From IMG/VR virus record IMGVR_UViG_3300048503_000021, positions 1 to 64,000 of that record: a stretch of DNA of 64,000 nt; one strand, given 5' to 3'. The notes beneath the pieces were generated by a model that was given only the letters and a program-made list of their open reading frames with translations, did not search any database and had not been told where the DNA came from. The DNA is from a virus. Lineage: Duplodnaviria > Caudoviricetes. Shown here in pieces: positions 16,555 to 25,825 of this stretch; within the stretch, counting starts at the first letter, position 1; every line of letters begins with the position of its first letter. The position numbers and the translations under genes are program-made.

Positions 16555-17333
16555 CCCCCAAACAATTCAAACCCATCATCCTTAGAACCCTGAAAGCAGG
16601 GCAGAAGTTCCAAACCGTAGAAGCCTTCGCGGACCATCTCATAGCGAAGATGGACGACTTCGCAGATATGTTTGCGATGGCGCTGGAGGTGGCGGGAACC
16701 ACTACCAGCCCGGCAATCGAGTCTGTATCCAGACAAGAGCTTCCTCCCGCAGACCCAGCCATCATCCTCCCCACGGCGAGGGACGCTGCCGACGTCTCGG
16801 AGAGATTCAAGCCCAAACAGCCTACGGTGGGATTCCTAGAGAATTTCACTAAAGAGGAGATGTTTGAGCACTACAGCAAGAACCTCCCAGCTACCCTGCA
16901 AGTCCATCCTCTTGGGTGTAAAGCCCCAATCACATTGGCCCGAAGCATTCAGAGAGGGCCTGGGGAGAGCTTTGCCGACATTCGAAATGGCGGCATCTAC
17001 ATGCCGACAGTAAAGATCAGTTACGCACAGCCGGGGGTGTCCGATCCAGCAGAATGCGTTAGTGTGGTAGTGTCCACGTCCGATGCGGACATGAACCCGA
17101 AGCGAGTGCTGGACGAGATTACAGCGCAAGCCAATGCCCGCTACACCTCTGAGCGCCGGAAGATAGAACCGAAGTTCGCCATCCCCCCACCGCAATCCCT
17201 AGACGAGACGATCCGAGGGACACAGGAGGAGCGCACCCCATGGAACACAACCGACGAGCAGGCTTCAGGTAACGACTTGAGCCAGTGGGGAGCGCCGGTC
17301 GCGGGGGTAGCGGCATCGAAGTTCAATAAATAA
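16551..17333 (+). CDS. Hypothetical protein
   Basis: ATGA overlap; contains a palindrome copy at 16721. Confidence 0.6.
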   Translation: MTPKQFKPIILRTLKAGQKFQTVEAFADHLIAKMDDFADMFAMALEVAGTTTSPAIESVSRQELPPADPAIILPTARDAADVSERFKPKQPTVGFLENFTKEEMFEHYSKNLPATLQVHPLGCKAPITLARSIQRGPGESFADIRNGGIYMPTVKISYAQPGVSDPAECVSVVVSTSDADMNPKRVLDEITAQANARYTSERRKIEPKFAIPPPQSLDETIRGTQEERTPWNTTDEQASGNDLSQWGAPVAGVAASKFNK

Positions 17334-17341
17334 GGAGTGGA

Positions 17342-17776
17342 ATGACGCGCTACTATCAGTCCGATGTCACCACCCTGAGCGACGAGGAGATCCGCGTCCT
17401 GATGGACGAGATCCAGGCAACCGGGATTCTTGACGGGGATGAGTATTCCCTGGCCGACTTTATGCCAGAAGATTCTTGGGAGCGGCAGGCTTCAACACGA
17501 TGGAGTGAGTTATGTATAGAGCAGCACCACCGTTACGATCTGGCCCATCCCGAAGAGGTGGAGCGCAGGAAGAAATTGGGCAGCGCCATGGGACAGCTTT
17601 TGGCGTCTATGGCCGAGCTAGAGATAGACTCCTTATTTAGCAACTCCGGTGTCTTTGGTAAATGCAAACTGGACAACTTACGCACGTCCGGGGTAGTCTG
17701 CGATGGCGGGGTATCCATCCAAGAGCCAATCATGTATGGGAATGATTCTCCGTGGAAGGTCCCCCGCGATTCCTAA
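17342..17776 (+). CDS. Hypothetical protein
   Basis: SD AAGGAG. Confidence 0.55.
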   Translation: MTRYYQSDVTTLSDEEIRVLMDEIQATGILDGDEYSLADFMPEDSWERQASTRWSELCIEQHHRYDLAHPEEVERRKKLGSAMGQLLASMAELEIDSLFSNSGVFGKCKLDNLRTSGVVCDGGVSIQEPIMYGNDSPWKVPRDS

Positions 17777-17782
17777 CAATGT

Positions 17783-18190
17783 ATGGCGGATCAGTCCACA
17801 AACCCCAGTTTCCTGGGGATAACGAACCAGAGCGGCGCAACTGGGGGGACTACCCCCTCCATCAGCCGCTCCGCCATCAAGGTTACGCGCAAGAACATCG
17901 CCAAGATCCCAGAGCGCCATCTTATAGAGAACATTGACCCTATGCTCACAGAGGCGTTCATAGGATTGCGCCAGAAGATCAAAGACGGCAACGTGCGCTG
18001 TATCGAGTTGGCCCTGCAAATTGTGAACCTCATCAAGCCGCCAGGGGGCGTCACTGTCACCAACAACCTACTCCAGCAGAACAGCAACAAGACCGATAAC
18101 ACCTCCGTCAGCTTCGAGTCCCTTGTCCGTAAGTTGGAGAAAAGGAATTTGTCCGCTTCCCAAAACGTGATCGACGTAACCCCAGAGTAA
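17783..18190 (+). CDS. Putative terminase small subunit
   Basis: Immediately upstream of TerL; GNVRCIEL...IDVTPE features typical of this position. Confidence 0.5.
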   Translation: MADQSTNPSFLGITNQSGATGGTTPSISRSAIKVTRKNIAKIPERHLIENIDPMLTEAFIGLRQKIKDGNVRCIELALQIVNLIKPPGGVTVTNNLLQQNSNKTDNTSVSFESLVRKLEKRNLSASQNVIDVTPE

Positions 18191-18200
18191 GGGCGTGTGT

Positions 18201-20471
18201 ATGGCCGACTCCCGTTGGCACCAAGACCTTGAGGTTGCTCAGCTTATCGAGCACCTGAATCAAGAAGATAAATTCAATCAACCCGATAACCTCACCCCAT
18301 CCGAGGTCAGGGTCATCCTCCGCGAACTCGAACACTGCCGGAACGACTTCGTGTATGCGGCCAGAAACTACTTCTGGATCACTACCAAAAAGCTAAGAAA
18401 TCAATTACTTACGCTGTTACCGGCCCAGGAACTTATATTGGAAAAAGTTCTTGAAATGAAGGCTAAGAAACAGCCACAAAAGATTATAATCATAAAAGCC
18501 CGGCAGTTAGGGTGCTCGACACTAATAGAGGCGCTTATAGCTTGGCGCACGATGTTCTTTACAAACATAAATGCCCTCGTAGTCTCTTACGACAAGGCCC
18601 ATACTTCGGATGTTCTGTTCCCCATCATGTGCTTCATTTACGATAATATGCCCTGGTGGATGAAGCCGATGTGCGCCCAGAGGAAGGCCGACGAGCTTCT
18701 ATACTTCGACAATCCCAAGCCAGACTTAAGGAGCATTGATCCTGGATTAAACAGTAAGGTGTTCGTCAGAGGAGCAAATTCTTCTGGCGTCGGGCAGGGA
18801 ATAAGGTTAAGCGCCGTACACGTTTCTGAGTTTACGGAATATGCGGAGGACGTAGCTCGCGGGATTATTGATGAAGACATGGTGAATGCTCTTGTGGAAG
18901 ACGAGAACACCTTTGCTATTTTGGAATCAACGGCTAAGGGGGCCAACCGTTACGGGCATAAACTCTGGAAGCGCTGTATGGAATTGCTGGGGAGCGATGA
19001 GGCTGAGTGGTATCCACTATTCCTTCCGTTCTTTTTTGAGGCAACTAGAGTCCGCCCGGTGCCTGTCAACTGGAGGGTTGAGACGCCGGAGTTTAGAATG
19101 AGGGAGAAAGTAGAGTCGGAGTGGCTTCGCTGCCAGCGAAGTGAATGTTTACAGTATCACTACCGCTACGTTCAAAAGGTAGACAGATCTGGTTTAATTT
19201 GCCCAACCTGCGAGATTGGGATACTTAACCCATACGTGTTGGCCGACGAGCAACTGGCATGGTATGAGCATCGTAGAAAGAATTCGGACAGAGACGAAGA
19301 GAGTTCTAAGTTACTGAAACAGGAAATGGCCAGCACAGGCGAAGAGGCATTCCAGTTGCAGGGTTATCAGATATTCGGGCAGAAGGCGCAGGACTTCGCC
19401 AATATAAACGTGCGGAACCCGATAGCAGAGGGAGACTTCGATCTGGCTGGAAGATTCCACGGATGTAATACTACCAATCCAAAGAACGAAGCTGGGTTTT
19501 ATTCCTGCTACCAGGAGGATTGCAACCTCGATCACACTTACGACGATACTCCGCTGAAGATCTGGGAGTGGCCCATGCCGGAGGCTGAATACTGCATAGG
19601 TGCTGATCTCTCGGAGGGGTTGGGCGGCAAGTCGGCCTACAGCGTAGGGGTCGCTATCCGGTTTAGCACGACAGGCGGCGGAGATTATCAGGTAGCAACG
19701 TGGAGGGCAAACACGATTGATCCTATTGGGTTTGCCTATAAACTGAACCATCTTGGTTTGCTTTACAACAGCGGACTGATGTCTGTCGAATGCAACCGAT
19801 ATGACATTTGCTTAGGCACGCTGCGCTACCAGTTGGGGTATCCCAATCTATACCGCTGGAAGCACCTGGATTCGATGAACATCATGTCGAACAAACTAGG
19901 ATGGTGGACAAATATGTCTTCCCGTCCCCGGTTATGGCAGACGTTCAAGCGGTGGCTACAGCAGGAATTGTTCTTTGTCCGATCTCGCAATCTGGCGGAA
20001 GAAATGAAAAACTTCGTTAAGAACGAAGAAGATTCCTACAGCGCTGGTGGCGACCAAGATGAGTTTGATGACGAGAATATGGCGGCGATGATTGCCCTTT
20101 ATACCGCCCACGAAGGAGATTGGAACGACAGCCTGGGGATGATCGCGCCGAAGGCGAAGTTGGCAAAAGAAGATGCCGTCTATGTGATAAAGTGCCAGAA
20201 CTGTCAGAACGAATGGTGGGCCAACACAGTCGAGGATAAGAACATAGACCCGACAGAGTTTCAGCCGCAGATGGACCCCAATCACAAAGTAGTCCAGTCT
20301 GGAGGGATGCGGTGTGCGGTATGTGGGAGCCGTAGGCTTGAGATTACGCGGAACAATAATAGTGGCACGCCGGTGTCGCAACAAGGAGAAGATGATCTTA
20401 TCGACGAAGCGAACCAGTATTGGGACCCATCGCAGGAGTGGAATAATCCGAACGACATGGAAGTTTTCTAG
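18201..20471 (+). CDS. terL: Terminase large subunit with inserted Cys clusters
   Basis: IIIKARQLGCST Walker A, VHVSEF Walker B, ILESTAKG coupling motif, IGADLSEG, VECN, DDENMA nuclease acids. Confidence 0.92.
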   Translation: MADSRWHQDLEVAQLIEHLNQEDKFNQPDNLTPSEVRVILRELEHCRNDFVYAARNYFWITTKKLRNQLLTLLPAQELILEKVLEMKAKKQPQKIIIIKARQLGCSTLIEALIAWRTMFFTNINALVVSYDKAHTSDVLFPIMCFIYDNMPWWMKPMCAQRKADELLYFDNPKPDLRSIDPGLNSKVFVRGANSSGVGQGIRLSAVHVSEFTEYAEDVARGIIDEDMVNALVEDENTFAILESTAKGANRYGHKLWKRCMELLGSDEAEWYPLFLPFFFEATRVRPVPVNWRVETPEFRMREKVESEWLRCQRSECLQYHYRYVQKVDRSGLICPTCEIGILNPYVLADEQLAWYEHRRKNSDRDEESSKLLKQEMASTGEEAFQLQGYQIFGQKAQDFANINVRNPIAEGDFDLAGRFHGCNTTNPKNEAGFYSCYQEDCNLDHTYDDTPLKIWEWPMPEAEYCIGADLSEGLGGKSAYSVGVAIRFSTTGGGDYQVATWRANTIDPIGFAYKLNHLGLLYNSGLMSVECNRYDICLGTLRYQLGYPNLYRWKHLDSMNIMSNKLGWWTNMSSRPRLWQTFKRWLQQELFFVRSRNLAEEMKNFVKNEEDSYSAGGDQDEFDDENMAAMIALYTAHEGDWNDSLGMIAPKAKLAKEDAVYVIKCQNCQNEWWANTVEDKNIDPTEFQPQMDPNHKVVQSGGMRCAVCGSRRLEITRNNNSGTPVSQQGEDDLIDEANQYWDPSQEWNNPNDMEVF

Positions 20472-20566
20472 GTGGACGAAAATACGATTTCATAGTATCG
20501 TAGGGGCGTAAGACGGCGCTGGCATAGCCCGACCCCCTAAAAGGAATAGGGAAGGAGAAAAATCCC

Positions 20567-21106
20567 GTGTCCTCCTGCAATACAGCGACGACATACACTT
20601 CGACTTTGAATTACCGCCAGGACACTGGTGGGACGGACATCGTATATCAAGGCAAGGGGATCTGTGCGATTCACAGCCAGATGCCAAGCCAGAGGACGTT
20701 GACTACCGATGCGGGTAGCGCTGCCGGTACCTATGTCCTGTATTTCCCTTCAACCGCTGGGCTTTATACTGGCGTTTGGGCCAATGCTGATGGTATCCCA
20801 GGCAACACGCATGTCACCGCAATCCAATCAACCTTTCTCCAGCTTGACACAACGCTAGCCACGACCATCACGACTGGCACGCCGATCATATTTACTCCAG
20901 GCCCCATTGGTGTTCCAACGATCTGGGGGACAAGCCCCGCCAACACCTATGCCATACCAGCCCCAAACAGCGACGGGACTTACGGGCCGCAACACGCTAC
21001 CGATCCCTATACCTATACTGTGCAGATGGCCGCTGCTAGTTTGGGGTTCGGACAAAGTTTTAAGTTTGTTTACAATGGTCAGGTTATCTACGGCGAGGTA
21101 GTGTAG
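20567..21106 (+). CDS. Thr/Gly-rich beta protein (fibre-module-like)
   Basis: GIPGNTHVTAI...LATTITTGTPIIF module. Confidence 0.6.
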   Translation: MSSCNTATTYTSTLNYRQDTGGTDIVYQGKGICAIHSQMPSQRTLTTDAGSAAGTYVLYFPSTAGLYTGVWANADGIPGNTHVTAIQSTFLQLDTTLATTITTGTPIIFTPGPIGVPTIWGTSPANTYAIPAPNSDGTYGPQHATDPYTYTVQMAAASLGFGQSFKFVYNGQVIYGEVV

Positions 21107-21130
21107 ACGGATTCGCTGTTAGGAAGCACT

Positions 21131-21388
21131 ATGAACAACCCGTCGTTTGACATCGCTCCGGTAACTCGGGCACAGGTAGATAATCTACTCGCTCAACTCA
21201 CGGCGAGCGGCAGGACCGTCACGGAGACGGGGCCAGCCGCCTGGAATATCAAGACAAGGGTGATGTTCGTGACTATTGAAGTCAATGCCGAGTGGGCGGA
21301 GCCCTCGATACTCACGGTCAACGTAGTCCATGGACCGGCTGGAGAGATCGAGTCCGGCCTGAGGAAGCAACTAGGAATGCAATCGTAA
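21131..21388 (+). CDS. Hypothetical protein
   Basis: SD AGGA. Confidence 0.55.
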   Translation: MNNPSFDIAPVTRAQVDNLLAQLTASGRTVTETGPAAWNIKTRVMFVTIEVNAEWAEPSILTVNVVHGPAGEIESGLRKQLGMQS

Positions 21389-21405
21389 GAAAGTAAGGAG
21401 TAAAA

Positions 21406-22086
21406 ATGTCCACACCAACAGATCCGATGCAAGGTTTTATCGGCCAGCCCGCCCCTGGGGCCACCCCGCTCCCGCCCCCGGCTCCTGCCCCGGCAACGAA
21501 AACAATCACGCGGTCCACATGGGCCGCGACCACCCCCGTCCCGGCGTCTTTCCTCTTGGAACTGCTGACGGTCGTTGATGCCCCGGCGGGAAGCAATGCG
21601 CTTACTCTCGGCTGGCCGGGCTGGATTCCAGCCGGAACGACCGTTTTCAACATGGCCGCATTCCCGGCAGGGATTGTGAATCTGGCGGTCGGCCAATCGG
21701 TCCTTTGCCAATACTGGAACGCTATCTCCGCAGGTGCCACGATTGCTTCCATCACGCCGACTGGGATTACACTATCCGTTCCTTTAGCCGCCGACCTTCC
21801 GCAAAACACCCCCGTTGATGTCACGGATGGTGCATCTTATGCGGCAATCGGCGATGGTGTTACGGGATCGCGCCTGTGCTTCCGCACGGAACCTGCCCTC
21901 TACGCAAACCTGAAACCGGGCATGAAGGTTTCCGGCGAGGGTATCAACCCGGACGCCAACGTAGTCGTGGCGTCGGTCATCAGGAGTGGGCAGGTGGTGA
22001 CGGTCGTCTCCACGGTGCTCAATGAGCCTGCCCTGACCGCCCCTATCGTGCCGGGAACTGCAATTAGTTTTGCGGAAAAATCCTAA
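21406..22086 (+). CDS. Protein with two copies of the fibre-like beta module
   Basis: LAVGQSV..ISAGATIASI; LKPGMKVSGEGI...PGTAISF. Confidence 0.6.
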   Translation: MSTPTDPMQGFIGQPAPGATPLPPPAPAPATKTITRSTWAATTPVPASFLLELLTVVDAPAGSNALTLGWPGWIPAGTTVFNMAAFPAGIVNLAVGQSVLCQYWNAISAGATIASITPTGITLSVPLAADLPQNTPVDVTDGASYAAIGDGVTGSRLCFRTEPALYANLKPGMKVSGEGINPDANVVVASVIRSGQVVTVVSTVLNEPALTAPIVPGTAISFAEKS

Positions 22087-22099
22087 TAGGAGTCCCCCA

Positions 22100-22636
22100 A
22101 TGAAACTGAAACCGTTTCTGGCCGTACTCGCGGCGGCTGCCATGCTCACCCAAACCGGCTGCACTGGTTCCCAGATCCTAACCACCCTGGAGGGTAGCGT
22201 AGCGGCTACGGAGTTGCTGGTGGCGGCATTGGCCGCAAACAACACGATCCCCGCCGACATCGCAGGCCCGCTTGAGGGTGCGATTGCTGACGTTCCCGCT
22301 GCTTACACCCAGACCGCCGCAGAGATAGCGTCTTCGGACACAAACGCGATCAAGGCGCTGAAGATCACCGCGTACTTCGCTAATTCCCTTCAAGCGCTCA
22401 AAGTTCTGCCTCCTGCGGCCCAAGTGTATGCCGTCCCTGTGATAAATGCGATCAACGCTTTCTTAAACGAAATCAATCCGCCAGCGACGGCAGGGGCGTT
22501 CCAGCCTGCCTATCGCGGGACTGCGGTGTCCTTCCCCGCCACCGGCTGGGCTCACCAGATAGCGCGGCACCACCTTACCGACGTCAAGACCAGGGCGCTG
22601 AATCTTCAAATCGCCATCGACAACCTCAAGAAGTAG
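22100..22636 (+). CDS. Putative lipoprotein
   Basis: MKLKPFLAVLAAAAMLTQTGC lipobox-like. Confidence 0.65.
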   Translation: MKLKPFLAVLAAAAMLTQTGCTGSQILTTLEGSVAATELLVAALAANNTIPADIAGPLEGAIADVPAAYTQTAAEIASSDTNAIKALKITAYFANSLQALKVLPPAAQVYAVPVINAINAFLNEINPPATAGAFQPAYRGTAVSFPATGWAHQIARHHLTDVKTRALNLQIAIDNLKK

Positions 22637-22639
22637 GCT

Positions 22640-23104
22640 ATGCGCGCGGTATTCCTAGTGTTGCTTGCGTTGGGGCTAGCCCCGCTAGCCCTTCCTCAAG
22701 ACAACTTCGCTGCGGCGGGGGTGTCGTACAACCATACCTCAGCCTCTGCACTGGCGGGAACGGCGGTCTACGCGCATGTCGTCGCCGGGAACTCTTGGTT
22801 CTTCTCCAGCCTGGACGTGATCCCGGCCTCGACCAAGCCGGGCAACGTCGCCACTAACTTTGCGCCAGGTCTAGCCCAGAAGCTGTTCACAGCCGGGTGG
22901 CTGGACCTGTACACGGTCACTGGCGCCGGGGTAAGCTGGGCGGGCGCAAACACGGGCTGGACCTGGAGCGGCGGCGAGATGCCCGTCGTTCGCCTACCGC
23001 GGGGCTGGGTAATCGCGCTCCCGGTGCGGTTCGTCAAAAGCAGCGTGAACAACAACTCCAACTACCAAGTGATCGCCACGCTGATGATTGGGAAAGGTTG
23101 GTGA
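22640..23104 (+). CDS. Putative small outer-membrane beta-barrel protein
   Basis: Signal peptide, alternating beta strands, C-terminal Trp. Confidence 0.55.
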   Translation: MRAVFLVLLALGLAPLALPQDNFAAAGVSYNHTSASALAGTAVYAHVVAGNSWFFSSLDVIPASTKPGNVATNFAPGLAQKLFTAGWLDLYTVTGAGVSWAGANTGWTWSGGEMPVVRLPRGWVIALPVRFVKSSVNNNSNYQVIATLMIGKGW

Positions 23105-23106
23105 AC

Positions 23107-23901
23107 ATGCCAGAATTTACATGGAAGCTCGGTCGGAACCCGAGTCCGCCTGATGATCGCAATCTGAAGCTCACCAAGTACCTAACCATAGGGAAGCTGC
23201 CGCCCACGCCGCAGAGCGTCCGGTATAGCACAGCAGTACTTCGGGTTGGTGGGTATCGGATGCTGCTTAACGACACGCTAGGATGCTGCGTCCCTGCGGA
23301 AATGTTCCACACTGTTATGCAGCACGCCGCCAATGCGGGCCATCCTATGCCGGTGCCGAGCGATGCCGAAGTGATTTCGCTGTACTCAGCCATCGGCGGC
23401 TATGTTCCCGGCGATCCATCAACCGACAACGGATGCGATATGTTGACCGCGTTGAACTACTGGCGCAACACGGGCATCACCATCGGCGGCGTTGTGCATA
23501 AGATTGGTGCATTCGCGCAGATCAACTTAGCCGATCCCGACGAAATCAACGCGGCCCTTTGGCTCTTCGGTTCGACCTTCGATGGCGTAAACCTTCCTGT
23601 CGCCATGCAGAATTCTAACTTCTGGGGTAATATCCCATCCGACCTGAGCGGAGATTGGGAACCCGGTAGTTGGGGCGGGCACTGCGTCGGTCAGGCAGAC
23701 GCCACACTGGACCCAAACCTAGACCTCTACCAGACAGTTACGTGGGGCGGATTGATGGCAACCGACGCCACATTCATGAAGGCCTATTGCGACGAGGCTT
23801 ATGTGGTCATCTCGCAAGACTGGCTCGCCGACAACGGGCAATGCCCGGCTGGGTTCGACATCGCCGCATTGACGGACGATCTGGCTACGGTGTCCGCATA
23901 A
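23107..23901 (+). CDS. Papain-like cysteine peptidase
   Basis: NDTLGCCVPA, DNGC, GGHCV, VTWG, YCDEAY. Confidence 0.75.
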   Translation: MPEFTWKLGRNPSPPDDRNLKLTKYLTIGKLPPTPQSVRYSTAVLRVGGYRMLLNDTLGCCVPAEMFHTVMQHAANAGHPMPVPSDAEVISLYSAIGGYVPGDPSTDNGCDMLTALNYWRNTGITIGGVVHKIGAFAQINLADPDEINAALWLFGSTFDGVNLPVAMQNSNFWGNIPSDLSGDWEPGSWGGHCVGQADATLDPNLDLYQTVTWGGLMATDATFMKAYCDEAYVVISQDWLADNGQCPAGFDIAALTDDLATVSA

Positions 23902-23911
23902 AGAAGGAGTC

Positions 23912-24280
23912 ATGCTCTCAACTGAACTCGGCAGCCAAGCGGGCATTAGTATCATCCTGGTCTACCTGTTACAGTGGCTCAAGGGATCGCCGTGGTTCCC
24001 CTGGCTCACGGCGAGAACGGACACCATCAACCGAACGTTGGCCATCGTAATCGCATTCCTAACTTCGGTTGGTTTTCAGATCAACATGACGGGAAGCTGG
24101 ACATCGGGCGGCACGCTCATCATTCAGATCCCAGCCGCGACGGCTATCTTTTCCGTAATCCTGCACTCTGCCGCGCAAGTGGGGATGCAGGAAGGATTCT
24201 ATCGAATGGCGGTCAAACCGCCACCCGAGCCCCTGCTCAAACTCAGTAAAGACGATACCGTCTCCGTAACGAAAGGATAA
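23912..24280 (+). CDS. Holin-like membrane protein
   Basis: Two to three hydrophobic segments; directly after the peptidase. Confidence 0.5.
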   Translation: MLSTELGSQAGISIILVYLLQWLKGSPWFPWLTARTDTINRTLAIVIAFLTSVGFQINMTGSWTSGGTLIIQIPAATAIFSVILHSAAQVGMQEGFYRMAVKPPPEPLLKLSKDDTVSVTKG

Positions 24281-24287
24281 GTCTACT

Positions 24288-24467
24288 ATGGGAATAAGTC
24301 TGGCGTTTTGGATCTTGATGCTTTTCTGGTTGATCTTCGGCTGCTGGAATCAGTACGTGCCGAATCAGCCGTACCCAATGAAGTGGGCGGGGTTTTACCT
24401 GCTACAGTTCGTGTTGTTCTTCATGATTGGCTGGAAACTGTTTGGAGCGCCAATCCACGGAGGGTAG
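24288..24467 (+). CDS. Small two-TM membrane protein (59 aa, not in ORF track)
   Basis: MGISLAFWILMLFWLIFG...LLQFVLFFMIGWKLFGAPIHGG. Confidence 0.7.
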   Translation: MGISLAFWILMLFWLIFGCWNQYVPNQPYPMKWAGFYLLQFVLFFMIGWKLFGAPIHGG

Positions 24468-24481
24468 ACCATGCTGCTTCT

Positions 24482-24517
24482 CTTGACATCCTCCGTCGCC
24501 TAAAGGCGACGGTCTCC
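24482..24517 (+). mobile_element. Orphan IS200/IS605-like end hairpin
   Basis: TTGAC-ATCCT-CCGTCGCC-TAAA-GGCGACGG-TCTCC; no tnpA/tnpB nearby. Confidence 0.4.
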
Positions 24518-24530
24518 TTGAGAAAATCGT

Positions 24531-24812
24531 ATGATGACAATTCTAAACTTGGTTCACCAGATCATCGCCCTACTGCGAAATGTGCTAACGAACCAAGCCA
24601 ATTTGGCCTCACAGGTCAAAGTAGTGCAGTCGGGGCTTTCGGCTCAGATTGCTGCCGTGCGATCCCTCGTCCAGCAGCAAGGCGAGGCTCAAGTTCTTAC
24701 GCTGGCTCAGATCACGGACAGTCTCGCAGTCATCGAGAAGGCCGTTTTCTACATACCAGGACCGCCAGTGAAGTTGCAAATCACTCTCGGGAAACCGCAA
24801 CCACAGAAATAG
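24531..24812 (+). CDS. Coiled-coil protein with terminal ITLG.P strand
   Basis: Heptad repeats; ends VKLQITLGKPQPQK. Confidence 0.6.
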   Translation: MMTILNLVHQIIALLRNVLTNQANLASQVKVVQSGLSAQIAAVRSLVQQQGEAQVLTLAQITDSLAVIEKAVFYIPGPPVKLQITLGKPQPQK

Positions 24813-24830
24813 AATCCTATAGGAGTTCAC

Positions 24831-25175
24831 ATGGCTAATTTCCAACTTCAAGATGCACAGAAGGTCTCGTATGCGGTGGCTGTCACCGACGTAGACAACA
24901 ACCCGACAACCCTCCAGCCCGGCGATGTGGTGACTGCCATTTCGTCCATGCCCGCCTCTTTGGCCGTCGTGCCCGACGCGACTCCTGTAGCTGGCAGCGT
25001 GGCCTCCGGCTTCCTGGTGGCTAGCTCGACGCTCGCACTCGGCGTTACGTTCACGGTGACGATCACTCCGGCTGCCACTGGCGCAGCGGCCATCGTTGCC
25101 ACCGACCTGATTGATGTGGTCGCTGGTGCCGATACCGGCGTGACCATTACGCTCGGCACGCCCGTCAGCCAGTAA
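24831..25175 (+). CDS. Ig-like beta-sandwich protein
   Basis: FQLQDAQKVSYAV..TDVDNNP; ends VTITLGTPVSQ; SD AGGAG. Confidence 0.7.
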   Translation: MANFQLQDAQKVSYAVAVTDVDNNPTTLQPGDVVTAISSMPASLAVVPDATPVAGSVASGFLVASSTLALGVTFTVTITPAATGAAAIVATDLIDVVAGADTGVTITLGTPVSQ

Positions 25176-25192
25176 CTCTTGCAAGAGTGCAA

Positions 25193-25222
25193 GCCGGGGG
25201 CTTAGGCCCCCGGTATTGTTTC
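25193..25222 (+). terminator. Putative intrinsic terminator
   Basis: GCCGGGGGC-TTAG-GCCCCCGGT followed by ATTGTTT. Confidence 0.55.
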
Positions 25223-25237
25223 GTAGAAAGGTCAACC

Positions 25238-25825
25238 ATGCCCGTCCAGCCGTCTATCCATATTCCCTTGACGCTCGTACTTCGGGAGGAAACTGCGAAG
25301 CAATTCCAGGACTCCCTGAAAGATGTCCCCTTCACCGATTGGCTGGCTACCAGAGCACGGCTTTGGTTTGAGAATTATGCTAACGGCGGCGTCATGCTGT
25401 CGCCCGATCAGGTCAAGAAGATTGAGGAAACTGTCGAAAAGCCAGTCAGCAACGGCAGCGACGTTGTGAATGCCGTTGGGGCAAGCCGCAATATCCAGGA
25501 CGGCTCCCACACGTTTCTCTTGACGCTGGACCCAACTTGGGTACAGCCGCTTAAAGATCGCGCTGCCGAGATGGGCCGCACGCCAGAGGAGCTTATCGAC
25601 GATATGTTCTCCATCGGCATGGAGAACAATTGGGCCTATTCGCTTGACCCGGCGTATCAGCCTCCGGTGTATTTCCCGCATCCTGAGATTCTGAAGGGGC
25701 TGACGGGGAAAGATCGCCCAACCGGCGCGGAGGTTGAGAAGGGTATCCAGCAACTTGTTACGGAAGCACGGAAGGCCGTGGATCGGGCGAAGGCGCTTGA
25801 GGCCCCTGTAGAGGTGGCGGGCTAA
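25238..25825 (+). CDS. Hypothetical protein (possible RHH-like segment)
   Basis: LKDRAAEMGRTPEELI. Confidence 0.6.
   Translation: MPVQPSIHIPLTLVLREETAKQFQDSLKDVPFTDWLATRARLWFENYANGGVMLSPDQVKKIEETVEKPVSNGSDVVNAVGASRNIQDGSHTFLLTLDPTWVQPLKDRAAEMGRTPEELIDDMFSIGMENNWAYSLDPAYQPPVYFPHPEILKGLTGKDRPTGAEVEKGIQQLVTEARKAVDRAKALEAPVEVAG

Noticed and set aside
24308-24838. 176-aa ORF in the track
   Set aside because: Overlaps two better-supported genes (24288-24467 and 24531-24812) and a hairpin
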